This document shows, piece by piece, positions 39,897-53,544 of a DNA stretch of 64,000 nucleotides. Every line of letters starts with the position of its first letter. Position 1 is the first letter of the stretch. The notes under the pieces are model-generated. The model saw only the letters and a list, made by a program, of their open reading frames with translations, ran no database searches and had not been told where the DNA came from. Source of the stretch: Octopus bimaculoides (Eukaryota); contig NC_068987.1 in NCBI RefSeq assembly GCF_001194135.2, positions 76,662,833 to 76,726,832 of the forward strand, written 5' to 3'. The translations under genes and the position numbers were made by a program.

Positions 39897-40245
39897 AGCT
39901 GATGAAGGAGCTTCTATACTGTTCCTCAACTTGCTAGAAATAGTAGCCAAATCTCACTCAACTTACACCCTGCTGACACAAAAGGGAAAAGAAGATACTG
40001 TTACTGAGCTAATGTAGCAGCCCCTATGCCTCTATGCAGTCACTCCACTTGCTAGAAATAGTAGCCAAATCTCCCTTAAATCATATTCTGCTGTCTTAGA
40101 AGGGAAAAGATAGTGTTATCAAGCTAATGAAGGAGCCCCTATGCTTCTATGCAGTCACTCTACTTACTAGAAACAGTTGCCAATGTCCCTTAAATCACAC
40201 TCTGCTGTCTTAAAATGATAAAAAAAAAGACACATTAGATCATGT
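39897..40245 (+). repeat. Three tandem ~115-bp units of a dispersed repeat segment
   Basis: gct(g/a)atgaaggagc...cttgctagaaatagtagccaaatctc...ctgctgtctta occurs three times; related single copies at ~29200-29380 and ~54740-54960 (minus). Confidence 0.8.
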
Positions 40246-40653
40246 TGTTCTGAATGCATAGTGTCTATAAAAAGATGTAGTGGTCAAAGTTTAAACACCA
40301 TTGGCCATAAGCTTGGCCAATCTAGTATGGCTTTGAACTAAATAATAATAACAACTGTATTTATAATACTGCAGTAATAAAAGCATAATTTGTTAATAGA
40401 TATCATTATCAGTAATTAGAAGTCATAAAGACAGATATCAACAGATACTTGACTGTGCATGTGTCGCTTGGAGGAATCTATGGTTATTACACTAATATTA
40501 ATCTGTAGAAAGACAAATTGTACATTTAAGCATATAGGTGCAGGCATTGCAAACACATTGCTTTGACTTCAATACCACTGCATGTCCCCTTAGGCAAGTG
40601 ACTTCTATTTTCTAATATAGATCTGAGTCAACCAAAGCCTTGTGAGTGAATTT

Positions 40654-40970
40654 ATAATAATAATAATAATGAAATTATTGTGTTTAGTGCTCAGGTGCAC
40701 TACAACTCATCAAAGGTGCATGTACAGTACATAAAATTATGTACAAATGTCAGGTAAGTGAACAGTGTATGAGTCATGATATACATGTGTTCATGTGTAT
40801 AGTGGAGGGGAGATATCAGGTGTAGTGTTGGTGAATTTCAGGAAGCATGGAGGTTTTAAAGGATGCAATATCTTGGCAACTAACAACTGATGCAGGTAGT
40901 TTGTTCCATGCTTCAGCAACTCTGAGTGTGAAAAAATGTTTCCGAAAGTCATGGGAGCTGTGCTGTTTTC
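40654..40970 (-). mobile_element. CR1 LINE 3' end nested in a SINE; TSD TGAATTT
   Basis: HDFRKHFFTLRVAEAWNKLPASVVSCQDIASFK, (TTA)n tail, 7-bp direct repeats at 40647-40653 and 40971-40977. Confidence 0.85.
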
Positions 40971-42084
40971 TGAATTTGGTAGATGGAAACTGAAAGAAGC
41001 CTATCTTGTGTGTGTGTTCTGTGTTTGTTCCATTATATTGCTTCACAATCAGTGTTGGTTTGTTTGCATCCTCATAACTTAGCAGTTCAACAAAAGGGGC
41101 CAATAGAATAAGTACCAAAACTTTAAAAAAAATAGCTACTGGGGTTAATTTGTTTGACTAAATCCTTCAAAGGGATACTCCAGAATAGCCACAGTCTAAT
41201 AACTGAAACAAATAAGGGATAAAACATACAATTTGAATTTTTCCCCCTGTCTGAACTGATTTCATGTGCCCCATTTCAATATGGGGAATAAGTTTATGGT
41301 AGGGGAGCTGGTAAAATCATTAGCTCACTAAGCAAAATATGTAGGAGTATTTCATCTATCTTTACATTCTGAGTTCAAATCCCACTGAAGTCATCTTTGC
41401 CTTTAATCCTCTTCGGGTTGATAAAATAAGTACCATTTGGGTACTAGGGTCAATGTAATCAATTTATCCTCTCCCCAGAAATTTCTAGCCATGTGCCAAA
41501 ATTTGAAACCAATATAGGGATTAAATTATTTTGTTGCTATTACCGGGATAAGCTGTATAATTTTCCTATCTAATAATGACCAGGCAGCTGATACTTTTAT
41601 CTAGGGAGAGATTTGACTGCTTACCCTTAAGAAATTAGAGCTATGCATTAACCCTTAAAAGAGCTGGGGCTAAGATAAACATCATTGGTTTTCATTATTA
41701 CAGCAATTCATTAAGACAGTAAGCTGGCAGAATCATTAGCACGCCAGCAAAATACTTAATTGTATTTTGCTTGTCTGAGTTCTGAGTTCAAATTCTGCCA
41801 GGGTCGACTTTGCCGTTCATCCTTTCGGGGTCGATAAATTAAGTACCAGTTGAGTACCGGGGTCGATGTAATCGACTATCTCCCCACACCACAAAATCCA
41901 AGCCTTGTGCCTATAGTAGAACGGATTATTGCAGCTCTTTCATCCAGCTCTTTATATTCCATGTTCAAATTCCACCAAGGTCCACTTTGCTTTTCATCCT
42001 TTTTGGGATCAATAAATGAAGTACAAACTGAACACTGGGGTCTATGTAATTGAGTATTCCCTTAAAATTACTGATCCTATACCA

Positions 42085-42460
42085 AGGCATGGCTATGTGG
42101 TAAGAAGCTTGCTTCCAAACCACATGGTTCTGAGTTCAGTCCAACTGCGTGGCACCTTCGACGAGTGTCTTCTACTATAGCCTCAGGCTGACCAAAGCCT
42201 TGTGAGTGGAATTGGTAGATGGAAACTGAAAGAAGCCTGTCATGTGTGTGTGTGTGTATTTGTGTTTGTGTTTGCCCTTCCACCATTGCTTGACAACCGA
42301 TCTTGATGTGTTTATGTCCCACTAACTTAGCGGTTTGGCAAAAGGACTTGATAGAATAAGTACCAGGCTTACACAGAATAAGTCTAGGGGGTGATTTCTT
42401 CAACTAAAAGACGGTGCTCCAGCATAGCCACAGTCAAAATGACTGAAACAAGTAAAAGCA
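42085..42460 (+). mobile_element. SINE family A, full length
   Basis: Homology to family A. Confidence 0.85.
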
Positions 42461-43864
42461 TAAAAGTGTAAAGTGTAATTATTACTGCAATCTCTAAAGC
42501 GGAAAGTTGACAGAATCATTAGAGGATTGGAAAAAAAGAAGAATGTTTTGTGGAATTTCTTCAGCCTCTTTATATTCTGAGTTTGGACTCCAACCTGGTT
42601 GAATTTGCCTTTCATCTTTTTGGGGTCAGTAAGATAAAGTACCACTTAAGTACTGAAGCTGATATAATAAGCGTGCTTTCACTTCTAAATTTCAAGCTTT
42701 ATACCTATATTAGAAACAGTTGTTACAAGTAATTCCCTATATTCATCATCCTCATCATCATCATCATTTAACGTCCGCTTTCCATGCTGGCATGGGTTGG
42801 ACGATTTGACTGAGGACTGGCAAGCCAGAAGGCTGCACCAGGCTCCAATCTGATCTGGCAAAGTTTCTACAGCTGGATGTCCTTCCTAACGCCAACCACT
42901 CCGAGAGTGTAGTGGGTGCTTTTACATGCCACCGGCATGAGGGCCAATCTGGCGGTACTGGCAACAGGGTCAATCTGGCGGTACTGGCAACAGGCATGCT
43001 CAAATGGCATTTTTACATGCCACCTGCACAGGAATCAGTCCAGCGGCGCTGGCAATGACCTCGCTCGAATGTTTTGTTCACATGACACCGGCACAAGTAC
43101 TCACAAAGCCAGCAATTTCAGGGTAGGAGCTAAGTTGATTAATTTGACCCCTATGCTCAACTAGTAATTATTTCATCAACTCCTAAAGGATTAAAGGCAG
43201 TTGACCCCAGCTGTGTTTGAACCCAGAACATAAAGACAATGCTTCTAAGAATTTTACCTGGTGTGCTAACGGTTCAGCCATCTCGTCACCTTAGTAATTC
43301 CCTATTTTAACCCATTAACTACCAATCTTTTTACTTCATGTCTTCTGACTTTGCCGGGTGTCTTGGGAGTTTAAATAATATATAGTATTTAAATTTTCTT
43401 CATATGTGAATTATTTTGGAAATTACGATAATTTTTTTCAAAAAAAACATATTTATCCTTTTCTATTCAATTGCAATAATAAATATTTTTTTTTAAACTA
43501 TAGAATCAAATGTGAATCTGTATGAAATATCAATGAATGATATAAATGGGAAATGCTAAAAAAAAAAAAAACATTTTCAAAACAAGTCAATATTTTGGTA
43601 GTTCAAAAATTGCGATTTATGACAAAATGTCTTCTAGAATTGGCCAGAGTTAATAATAACAAACTAACTGCTAAATATTGTTAAACGAGCCTCTGCAAAT
43701 GCTATGTACATAAGCAATTCACTTTAAATACAATGAACAACCGGCAGATCCCTATATGGGACTCATGGCAAGCAATGGGTTAAAAAAAGTAATGGAAAGC
43801 AAAGAGGGGAAAAAAAAATCTTTTCATAGAACCTTTAACAATATAAACAACACTTCTGCTCACT

Positions 43865-44255
43865 CTTACTACTACTACTACTCTAAAACTACTACCACCA
43901 TCACTACTAAAACTACCACTCCATCACTGCCACCACTACTACTACTGCTCTACCATCTACTACTACTGTCACCACAACAACTACTACTACTACCACTACA
44001 CTGCCGTCACCATCATCACAGCTACCACCACCACCATTACCGTCCCTGCCACCCAGCACCAGCACCACTGCTACTGCTGCTACTTCTACTACTACCATCA
44101 CTGTTATTCAACTCTACTCTACTGCAACCACTATTTCTATTACCACTCTACCGTCACCGCTACCACCACAACCACCACCCCTGCCACCACAACTACTAAC
44201 ACTTCCACCACCACCACTACCAACATTACTACTACTACTACTACTACTACTACTG
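43865..44255. repeat. (CAC/TAC)n low-complexity tract (similar at 47575-47800)
   Basis: Direct reading. Confidence 0.9.
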
Positions 44256-45009
44256 TCTTTGAAACACTAATGTTTCATACTTTCCTAGCATCACTATCCT
44301 TCCATTTTGTCAATCCAGGAAACCCCCAAAACTCTCCCACACACATGATTTGAAATAGCTGCAATATTTATTAACAGACTCTACTCAAATTTAATAGTAA
44401 ATTACCAAAGCATCTCCAGAGATTCTAAATCAATAATTCTTACTCAACCATTTTTTCATTCATGCACCATTTTCTCTCCATATTTTAGAGCATCGTCCCC
44501 TCACTTTCCCCAAGATTATCTCAGTCAAAAGGTGCATTCCAAGCCATATGTGTATGATATTGAAAAATCTTTCTTTTTCTATATTGGTACAAACATAGCT
44601 GTGTGGTTAAGCAGTTTGTTTTGCCATCATGAGATCCAGGTTCAGCCCCACTGAATATACCTTGAGAATGTATCTTTTATATTCTGAGATTGTGAAGGAA
44701 TTTAGTTTCTGAAAATGTCACACCAATACCCTTGCATCACACCACGCACACCACACCAATNNNNNNNNNNAATTCCTTTTGATTTAAGGTGCCATATGTA
44801 TTTGCTAAGGCCAGTGGAATTAGTTAATATATACGACGGGCTACTTTCAGTTACCATCTACCAAATCCACAAGGTTTTGGTCGGCCTGAGCTATAGTAGA
44901 AGACACTTGCTCAATGTGCCAAGCAGTGGAATTAAACCCAGAACCATGTGGTTGGGAAGCAAACTTCTTACTGCACAGCCATGCCTGATGTAATCAATGA
45001 ATTTTATGT

Positions 45010-46190
45010 TTGTATTCCTTCTTGGCATCTGAAGATTCTGAATATTCGATTGATTAAGAATATCAATCAAATAGGCAAGGTGAATGATCTATTCCTCACC
45101 ATTCAACCAAGAAAACGATTCCATCTTATGAAGAATTTAAAAACAAGTTCATTTCAAAGCTCAAAAACGTTTTTTTCAATTACATCTCCACTTTAAAAAT
45201 CTTCAAACATTTTGTGTAAAACTCAAGCAGTTGTTGACTATGTCAAAAGGTAAGTGGCTGAGAAGCTGAGGTCTCCCTCTTCGTTGAAATTCTTTTTCTG
45301 AAATGTTTAATCTAAAACCTTCTGTGATGGAACTGGAAGAAATTTTGAGGTCAGTACTTGAGGGAACATACAATGATTGTCTTTCACTTTGGAAGTTCAA
45401 ACATCAGTTTTGTTGCAAATATCATTGGTGTTCCATCTGTGATACATCCACGAACATTATCCCACAAATAATATTCAGGTCAAATTTAAGATAAAAACCG
45501 TTTCCAAAATATCTGAGGTCTTTGGTAGCTCTTTCAAGACGTAAGCAAAAGAACAGCCCCTCTTTAAATAACCCTGAGTGAACCTATCTTACAATCATTA
45601 ACCTGGGAAACATAAAGCTATACAAACGAATTCAAGTTGAACTGCAAATAAGACAAATGCAGCTATGTTGATCTCCTGTACAAATTGTTTCTAAATATCA
45701 ATAGTCTTAGAATTGATTCTTCTTTGAACAGTATGGCTTGGAGAGTGAAACTTCTGCAGTTCTTAATTTCAATTTATTTTCTATTACAATTTCAGCTATT
45801 TTGAAAACAAAAGGCTTGACCAAAGTTTTTCCTGTTGTTTCTTTTTGTTTTTCTGCTTTCCATGTTTTTTTTTCTTTCTTTTCCTTTTTTTTTCTCTTCC
45901 ATCTCTAGTGTAATGGCACAAAAACCTTCAATAATCCTTCCATTACTTTCTTGAAATAACCTAGGTGAATCTAACGTCTTTCTAAAAGCATTCTCATAAC
46001 ACTGAAAAAAAAACAACTTTTGTCCTTGTCTTTCTGTTGATGATGAAGATTCTGTAAATTTTCCTTTAACTTTGTTGGTTTCACAGAATTATTTGACAAA
46101 GTTCATTACAAAATGCATTTTAAGGCTTTTCTTCATCTTCTATGATGATAAGTACGAATCCATATTAAATATCTGAATCAATGTCTACTC
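45010..46190 (-). mobile_element. Decayed hAT (Charlie/ZBED5-SCAND3-type) transposase
   Basis: Frameshifted, collinear motifs: KPTKLKENLQNLH, TTGKTLVKPFVFKIAEIV, FAVQLE, FKEGLFFCLRL, DNVRGCITDGTPM, NVFEL*NEL, HLAYLIDILNQSNIQNLQM. Confidence 0.8.
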
Positions 46191-46344
46191 TATTTCTGAC
46201 ACGCACGATGGTTCAAAATTCAGTAAATAGAAAACCAAGAATAAATCAAAGAAAACTATGAATGGCATATCTCCACAGATCAAAAATTGAAATAGTAATC
46301 TTTTATTAAATTAATCTGAAATTTTATAAATATAAACCATGTTA

Positions 46345-46722
46345 AATGTTGCTGTTGTTGGCACTCCGTCGCTTATGACATCGAGGGTTCCAGTTGATCC
46401 GATCAACGGAACAGCCTGCTCGTGAAATTAACGTGCAAGTGGCTGAGCACTCCACAGACACGTAGTTCTCGGGGATATTCAGCGTGACACAGAGTGACAA
46501 GGCTGACCTTTGAATTACAGGTGCAACAGAAACAGGAAGAAAGAGTAAGAGAAAGTTGTGGTGAAAGAGTACAGCAGGGTTCGCCACCATCCCCTGCCGG
46601 AGCCTCATGGAGCTTTAGGTGTTTTCGCTCAACAAACACTCACAACACCCGGTCTGGGAATCGAAACCGCGATCCTATGACCGTGAGTCCGCTGCCCTAA
46701 CCACTGGGCCATTGTGCCTCAA
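46345..46722 (-). mobile_element. tRNA-headed SINE family D, representative copy (others ~347-646, 8307-8610, 21965-22289, 52423-52680, 62195-62410)
   Basis: Head gaggcacaatggcccagtggttagggcagcggactcac...ggtttcgattccc followed by a conserved body ...cagccacttgcacgttaatttcac... Confidence 0.85.
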
Positions 46723-48266
46723 ATGTTAAATGTTATAGAATAAATAAAACAAACTACAGTTCTATGGAAGTACATAAATCTACAGAACACTGCATTGTAT
46801 TAAATAGTGCTAGCTCCCTCCCTGAAACCCCATCAGGAGTGGAATCCATTCTGTTTGAGAACTCCCAGTTTAAATGACTTGAAATCATTTTAGTCCACTC
46901 TGACTTTTTCTTAAGATACCTTGCTAAGATATTTGATCATGTATGAAAAGACTAGAGCATAAATTTCAATACAGCAGAATGGAATAGGAAGTGTGATCTT
47001 GGACCAGTCTAAAAGACATCACGGTTGAATGATGAATGCTCTGACTGTTATGCATTCGATTGGCTAACATCTGAGCTTTAAGTCAGCTCAAACAAAACTA
47101 GCTGATCAAGGCTAATCAATAAAGAAAACAACAACAAAAATCAATGACAACAACCAGAACAAGTACGATAACACCAAAAATATTTTTCCACAGACAGCAG
47201 AGTGATTAAGAAATTATTACTTATTCTATAACTGCTTATGAAATTCTCAGTTCATTTATCAAATTAAATGGTGAGGAAATTTACACCTGGCTTAACTTAA
47301 TGAATGGCTGACAAGCTAATATCTTAAATAGATTTTTGTAATCATTCTTGTAAATTGCACATTCTAATTAAGAATAAGATGTTTGTCCAAGCTATGCAAA
47401 ATGCACAAATTTGAATAAATTATTACAATCATCAAACAAACAATATAATTATGACTTTGATCACAAGATTTCTTTTTTGGTTTTGGCAAATCTAACTTAC
47501 CAGTGAAACACATAATAAAACAGGAGTCTTACACTAAGACATCTAAAATAAATATGAGATGTACCCTCTGTCCACCACCACCACTACCACCATCCTCACT
47601 ACTGTCTCTGCTATTACCATCACCACCACCACTTCCACCAACTTCAATACCACCATCATCCTGACCACTGTTATTGTGATCCCCACCATTACCAGTGCCA
47701 CCACCACCATTAAGTCACCATTCACCACTGGTACAATTATCACTACCATCTACCTTACCACTACCTCTCCTAACCATTACTATGCCCACTACCACTACCA
47801 GAGCCATCAAACTATCAAAGGCTCTATGTAGTTGCTTGACCAGCTAGAAATAGCAGCTTACTTTTAATAGTAACATTTTTTTAAAAAACCATTGACCAAT
47901 GTAGTTCTAGGTAGATTATGTCAGAAAAACATCCTTTGGGATGATCATGGCTGGAAAGCCTTTGAACATAGATCTGCTTGATTTAGGATGACTCGGAGTT
48001 AAATAACAACTTCTATATCACCAAAATTATGATGTGACTTGATGAAAATTTGCTTCTGAAACCAAATGCTTGACTGGTTCCTTATTTTATTGACCCAGAA
48101 TGGATTAAAAGCAAGGTTGATGTTGGCAGGATTTGAACACAGGATATAAGGAATTGGAACAAATATCACATCTTTGTGAAGATGTGAATTCAGATGCGAT
48201 GTATTTGCAAAGTTATAGGGAAATGTAAACACGTGTGCTTATAGACACATGCATTTATGCATGCAC

Positions 48267-48298
<32 letters not shown>

Positions 48299-51089
48299 TT
48301 GTGTCTTATGATATTTAAAAGAGGAGGGTAGGCTATACATAATTAAATGGAAGCTTCTAGAACAACTGGAACCATACTTCAACAGGAGCAAAGGGTGTAA
48401 GCTTCACTTGGCTGAGAGAGGAAGGATCCTGAAAACTCACTTGATCCATGGACTTTTTTAAACTCCAGAAAAGAAGTGTTCAGTCATGCCCACATCATAG
48501 AAAATTCCTGTTTCAAACATGAAATTCCCCATTTGTCAAATAGCTACCAGCTTTGAAAACTGTTATGGACAAGGCTAGAACCAATGTAACAGGAATAACC
48601 CTACCTTGCTTGAAAGCTTACCAGTAGAATTTCATTCCAGGAATTTTTTGTTTACAAAATTAAAGTGACCATGATGTTATGTGTCTCTGGTCATTTAAGC
48701 CTGATAAATCACCTATACAGTTAAGTGCTTTGAGAATGAAGTGGATTTTTTTTTTACTAGCTTTGTAAACAACTGTTTTGGGAACTTATTGTATTGTTTC
48801 TGTTTATACTGTTGCCCACCACTCTTCTTCCACTCTTACTTTTCCAACCCTTGTGGGCAAAATATCCTTAAGTGGCTCTTTCTCCCACATGTCTAGTATC
48901 TAGGCTTTCTGCTCAACACCCCTGGTCCAACTGCATGTGCTTATGCCCCCACAGAAGAATAGAATTCCAAGATAACCTTGTGGTTTTTGTGTGAGTATAC
49001 CCAAGCAGATGCTACATGACAACATGTTGTTGTGCATGTCATCTCTGCACTCACTGCCTTTCACAAAAACAACAACAAGCCAATGACTCAGATTATAGAC
49101 TCTGAGTTGTGTTTCCCCCAATTACCACATCACCAACCTATAGGCAGATGTGCCGGACACCAGCTCTACTCATAACTTCAATTGGTTTTCAGTTTTAAAG
49201 ACCAGGCTTCCATACACCCTGTTCTGGTTGATGGTGTACACATCATACATTCCATTCACTAGGGTTCCTTTGAAACGCTCGCTTAAGAACATATAAAACC
49301 CTATCTCTATTTTTTTTTTTTAAAAAGCTATGTCACTTTCCTCCTTGCAAGGAGCTACAGTCTCTTGGACATATTTCTCCACATTTTCTTAGTTATTTTT
49401 TTCTGAGAGCTGATATTTTCAATATTTCTTTTTGACCTCAGCGGTGAGTTGGCAAAATTATTACTGCACCAGAAAAAATGTTTAGTTACATCTCTTCCAA
49501 CTTTATGTTCTGAGTTCAAAAGGTACTGGAGCCAACTTTGCCTTTCATCCTTTTGGAGGTCAATGAAATAAGTACCAGTTAGACATGGGGGGGTCGATAT
49601 AATTGACTTACACCCCACCCACTAAAACTAGTGGCCTTGTGCTGAGATTTGAAACTAATATTTCGTTTTGATTTGTAACATTTGAAAACAATAAATTTCA
49701 ATTTCTGAGTATTTATTTCTGTTTTCAAATTTTACATTTTCCTCACTTGTGCTTACTGAAGTGGGAATGTATGAGTTTATAAACAAGTCTGCTTATGAAA
49801 TTGTCATTGCCCTTCGCTAATTTCTTTTTTTCTTCTTTTTTCCAAACTGCGTTTTTGTTCTCAAGATTTTCTTTGGGGGCATATTCATTGCTATTATGTT
49901 TAATGATTAGAACTCCTTCTTCTTCCAGCTCTCCCCAATAGAAGCCTCATTAAATTATGAGCAAACAAAAGCATCAATATACTATATAAAAATATATAAA
50001 AGTGTCCAAGGACGAGTCTTAATTTTTTCCTCCAGTAAGTAACAAGGGGGAAAACATTCAAACATTCTTCTTTAAAGGGGGAAAAAAAAGAAAATGTAGT
50101 GTCCATCAAGTAAACTGCAGCAAATTCAACTTTCTCTTAGGACATGATAAAGACATCCTCTCATAATAAACAACAATAATAATAATAGTAATAATAATAA
50201 TGATAAACTATGCATCAAAAATATAAAAAGAAGCAATACAACAATCAAAGTTTAAATTTAAAATAATGTAAGAAAAATGTTATATGTAAGATGTAAAACA
50301 TTGTCATTGCATTGAAATATTATCATCATGTCTTGAGGTAAGAATGGTTAAGGAAAAAAAAGATGTTTTTACTTTCTAACTATTCTTAAGATTTTTTTTA
50401 TTGTTATTAAAAAATGTATAGAAGATAAGAAAAAAAGAAGAAAAATGAGTAAGAAGAAAAAAAAATTTAGAAAAAATACTAAATACCAGAATAGGAGTAA
50501 AATTTGACAGCATAAAAAAAAGGAAGATGGATAGAAGAAGATGAAGGAAAAGAAAGTTCCAGAACAATAGAAAGAATTGTTAAATAACATTAATTTTAAT
50601 TTTTCTTCCTCTGGTTTTCTATTGTTTTTCTCTTTCTTTACTCTCACACTTTTACTTCATTTTTGTTCTTTACTTTTCTATTTCTCCTACTTTACTTTTG
50701 TGTTTTTTTTCTTTCTTCCTATTTCTCCTACCTTTCTTTTGTTTTCTCCTCCTCCTCCCGTTACTCTGTCTTTTTCATTTTCTTTCTTATTTTGTTCTAA
50801 TTCTCTACTACTACTAACACCTCTTCTTCTTCTTCTCCTCCTCCTCCTCCTCCTCCCTCTCCTCCTCCCTCGCCTCCTCCTCCTCCCTCTTCTTCTTCCA
50901 TAATGTTTTACTGATCTTCTAAACAGACTACCCAACACTTGCAAATGGAATTGAACCTGCTAATATAGGCCAACAAAACACTGGTCATCTGTAAACTGTT
51001 GTAGTGGCTCTTGTTCTACTTAAGTACTGATATGGATCACTCTTTGGTGCTCATTTAGTTCTCAAAATCTGAGTGTGCTCAGCTTCTGA

Positions 51090-52125
51090 GAACTTCTGAC
51101 ACTTCTTCATACAGCTGACCTCATCCATACACAACACTTGACCATACCAGTACAGTTGTCTCTCTTGCACACCACATCTGATACTTCTTATCTCCAACTT
51201 CTCTCTCAGGGTGCTTACACTCTGTCATGTATGCACACTGACATTACACATCCAGCGGAGCATACTAGTTTCATTTCTTGCAAGCTTACACATGTCCTCA
51301 GCAGTCACAGCCCATGTTTCACTGCCATGTAGCATGGCTGTTCACACACATGCATCATAGAGTCTACCTTTCACTCTGAGCGAGAGGCCCTTTGTTACCA
51401 GCAGCAGTAGGAGCTCTCTGAACAGTTACACTCTCAGAGCATCCAACCCTGCTACTGACTTGATCACGGAGGTAATGGAAGCTATGAACTACTTCTAGTT
51501 TTTCCTCCTGGCATGTGACAAAAGCTGTTTTCTGCATATTTTTAGTGTTTATTGCCCCTGTACATTTGCCACACACAAAAAAATCTTCCCAGTTAGCTTT
51601 CCTTTGATATTGCTGCACCCCTTATGTGTCCATAGCTTACACTGAGTATATCTTAGGGAGTTTCTGCCTACGCCTTTTCTGCAGATTGAGCAGGGCCAAC
51701 TACCTGAAGGGATCTGTAATTTGTCTACCTTCCTACTTACTAAGACTTTGGATTTTGCTAGATTGACACTAAGGCCCTTCGATTCTAATTCTTGCTGTCA
51801 CATCTGAAACTTCTCCTCTAATTCTGATAGTGACTCAGCTATTAGAGCAAGGTCGTCAGCATTGAGGAGCTCCCAGGGGCATGAATGCCTTTGTTATTGC
51901 CTGGAGGACTGTGATGAATAAGAGGGGGCTGAAGACTGATCCTAGGTGAACCCCCACCCAGAATTCTTTACTATACACATTACCAACCCTCACCTTACTG
52001 ACAGCATCTCTGTACATGGCTTGTACAGCTCTCACTAACTACTCATCTATCCCTAGTTTTTGCATTGACCACCAGGCAAGGGAACAGGGGACCCTGTCAA
52101 ACACTTTCTTCATGTCAATGTAAGT
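51090..52125 (-). mobile_element. RTE-clade LINE fragment (reverse transcriptase to C-terminus)
   Basis: DMKKVFDRVP..WWSMQKLGIDE, GVH.GSVFSPLLF, ADDLALI remnant, and C-terminal WYGQVLCMDE, with stops and frameshifts. Confidence 0.85.
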
Positions 52126-52142
52126 CAAGTATATTCATATGC

Positions 52143-52181
<39 letters not shown>

Positions 52182-52360
52182 CATGATGGGCTTCTTTCAG
52201 TTTCCATCTATCAAATCTACTCACAAGGCTTTGGTTGGCCCGAGGCTAGAGTAGAAGACACTTGCCCAAGGTGCCACACAGTGAGACTGAACTTGGAACC
52301 ATGTGGTTGGGAAGCAAGCTTCTTACCACACAATTACATCTGCACCTATATATTTATATA

Positions 52361-52425
<65 letters not shown>

Positions 52426-53102
52426 TGTGATTGACCAGACTATTGGATGTTGTTATGCATCACTGGTCACAATGTGCTTTGCATTGTTTCAGCTTTTGAA
52501 TGACACCACCCACTGGTTACACAAGCTGGCCAACACTCCCACTTATGACTGAGTGGACTGGACCAACATAGAATGAAGTGTTTTGCTCATGAACCCGATG
52601 TGCTCACCTGGTCTGGGAATCAAACACATGATCTGGTGATTGCAAGGGCAATACCCTGACCACTGAGCCATGAACCTTCACATTTACACATGTTGCTTTA
52701 AGATACATGGCGTAATTTATAAAAATGTCTGCTCAAGTATCATAATAGCATGAAACTATTAGGAGTTCTTTCAGTTGTGTATTTAATTTGATATGTGTGT
52801 GTCTGTGTCTGTGTATTTATGTATCTGTGTATGTATATGTACGTATGAATATGTATGAATATACACATATGTATACATATATATGTATGTGTATGTGTTG
52901 GTGTGTGTATGTGTATATATATATATATATGTAGATATATACATATATATATATGTATGTACATGCACACACATACATGCACACACACACACGTTAAAAT
53001 TCATTCTGTTACTAGTAAAGAGTAATTCCATTAGTAAATGTTTTGTTGATATTTTGAAGCATACTTTAAAACAGTTTAAAATCATATCCTTATTTAAGTA
53101 TG

Positions 53103-53133
<31 letters not shown>

Positions 53134-53388
53134 TCATAAATACATACATATCTATGTAGGCGTATGCATATATATGTGTATATACGTATACATGAGTGTG
53201 CTTATATACTAATATATGTGTGCATGCATGTGTATGTACATATGTTTGTACTCTTACATCCTTATATGTAAGGAGAGAGAGAAGGAAAATGAGTTAGAGT
53301 AAAAATAATGCAACTTTCAGAAAAAGAAAGAAGGAAAAAAAATTTTAAGAATTCAAAAAAAAAACGAAAAAGAAAAAGAGATTCTTAC

Positions 53389-53544
53389 CAAGAACAGATA
53401 AAGATATTCGCCAGGAGGAACCGATCTGTTTCATGGCATCTAAGGCATCTTCAAGTCTGTGAGAAGGCAAGTTGCTGAAATTATTGGCTCTGAAGTTGTA
53501 GAAACCGACTAGCATTCCAATAGCCATCATGGTACCAAACAACC
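53389..53544 (-). CDS. SLC35F6: Internal exon of SLC35F6-like solute carrier (DMT-fold, nucleotide-sugar transporter-like)
   Basis: Acceptor ttttctctttccttcAG (G at 53545), donor G|GTAAGA (53388); 156 nt, phase 1-1. Translates (G)LFGTMMAIGMLVGFYNFRANNFSNLPSHRLEDALDAMKQIGSSWRISLSVL(G), matching from memory SLC35F6 GLFGFVILSLLLVPMYYIPAGSFSGNPRGTLEDALDAFCQVGQQPLIAVALLG. May be a paralog rather than the ortholog. Confidence 0.85.

Noticed and set aside
39899-39950. CUGAUGAAGGAGC...GAAA in the triplicated repeat
   Set aside because: No stem II closes at GAAA, no stem I forms, and the other two units read CUAAUG.
46640-46722. tRNA-like sequences with A and B boxes (also ~575-646, 37496-37570)
   Set aside because: They continue directly into conserved SINE bodies and lack a proper acceptor stem.
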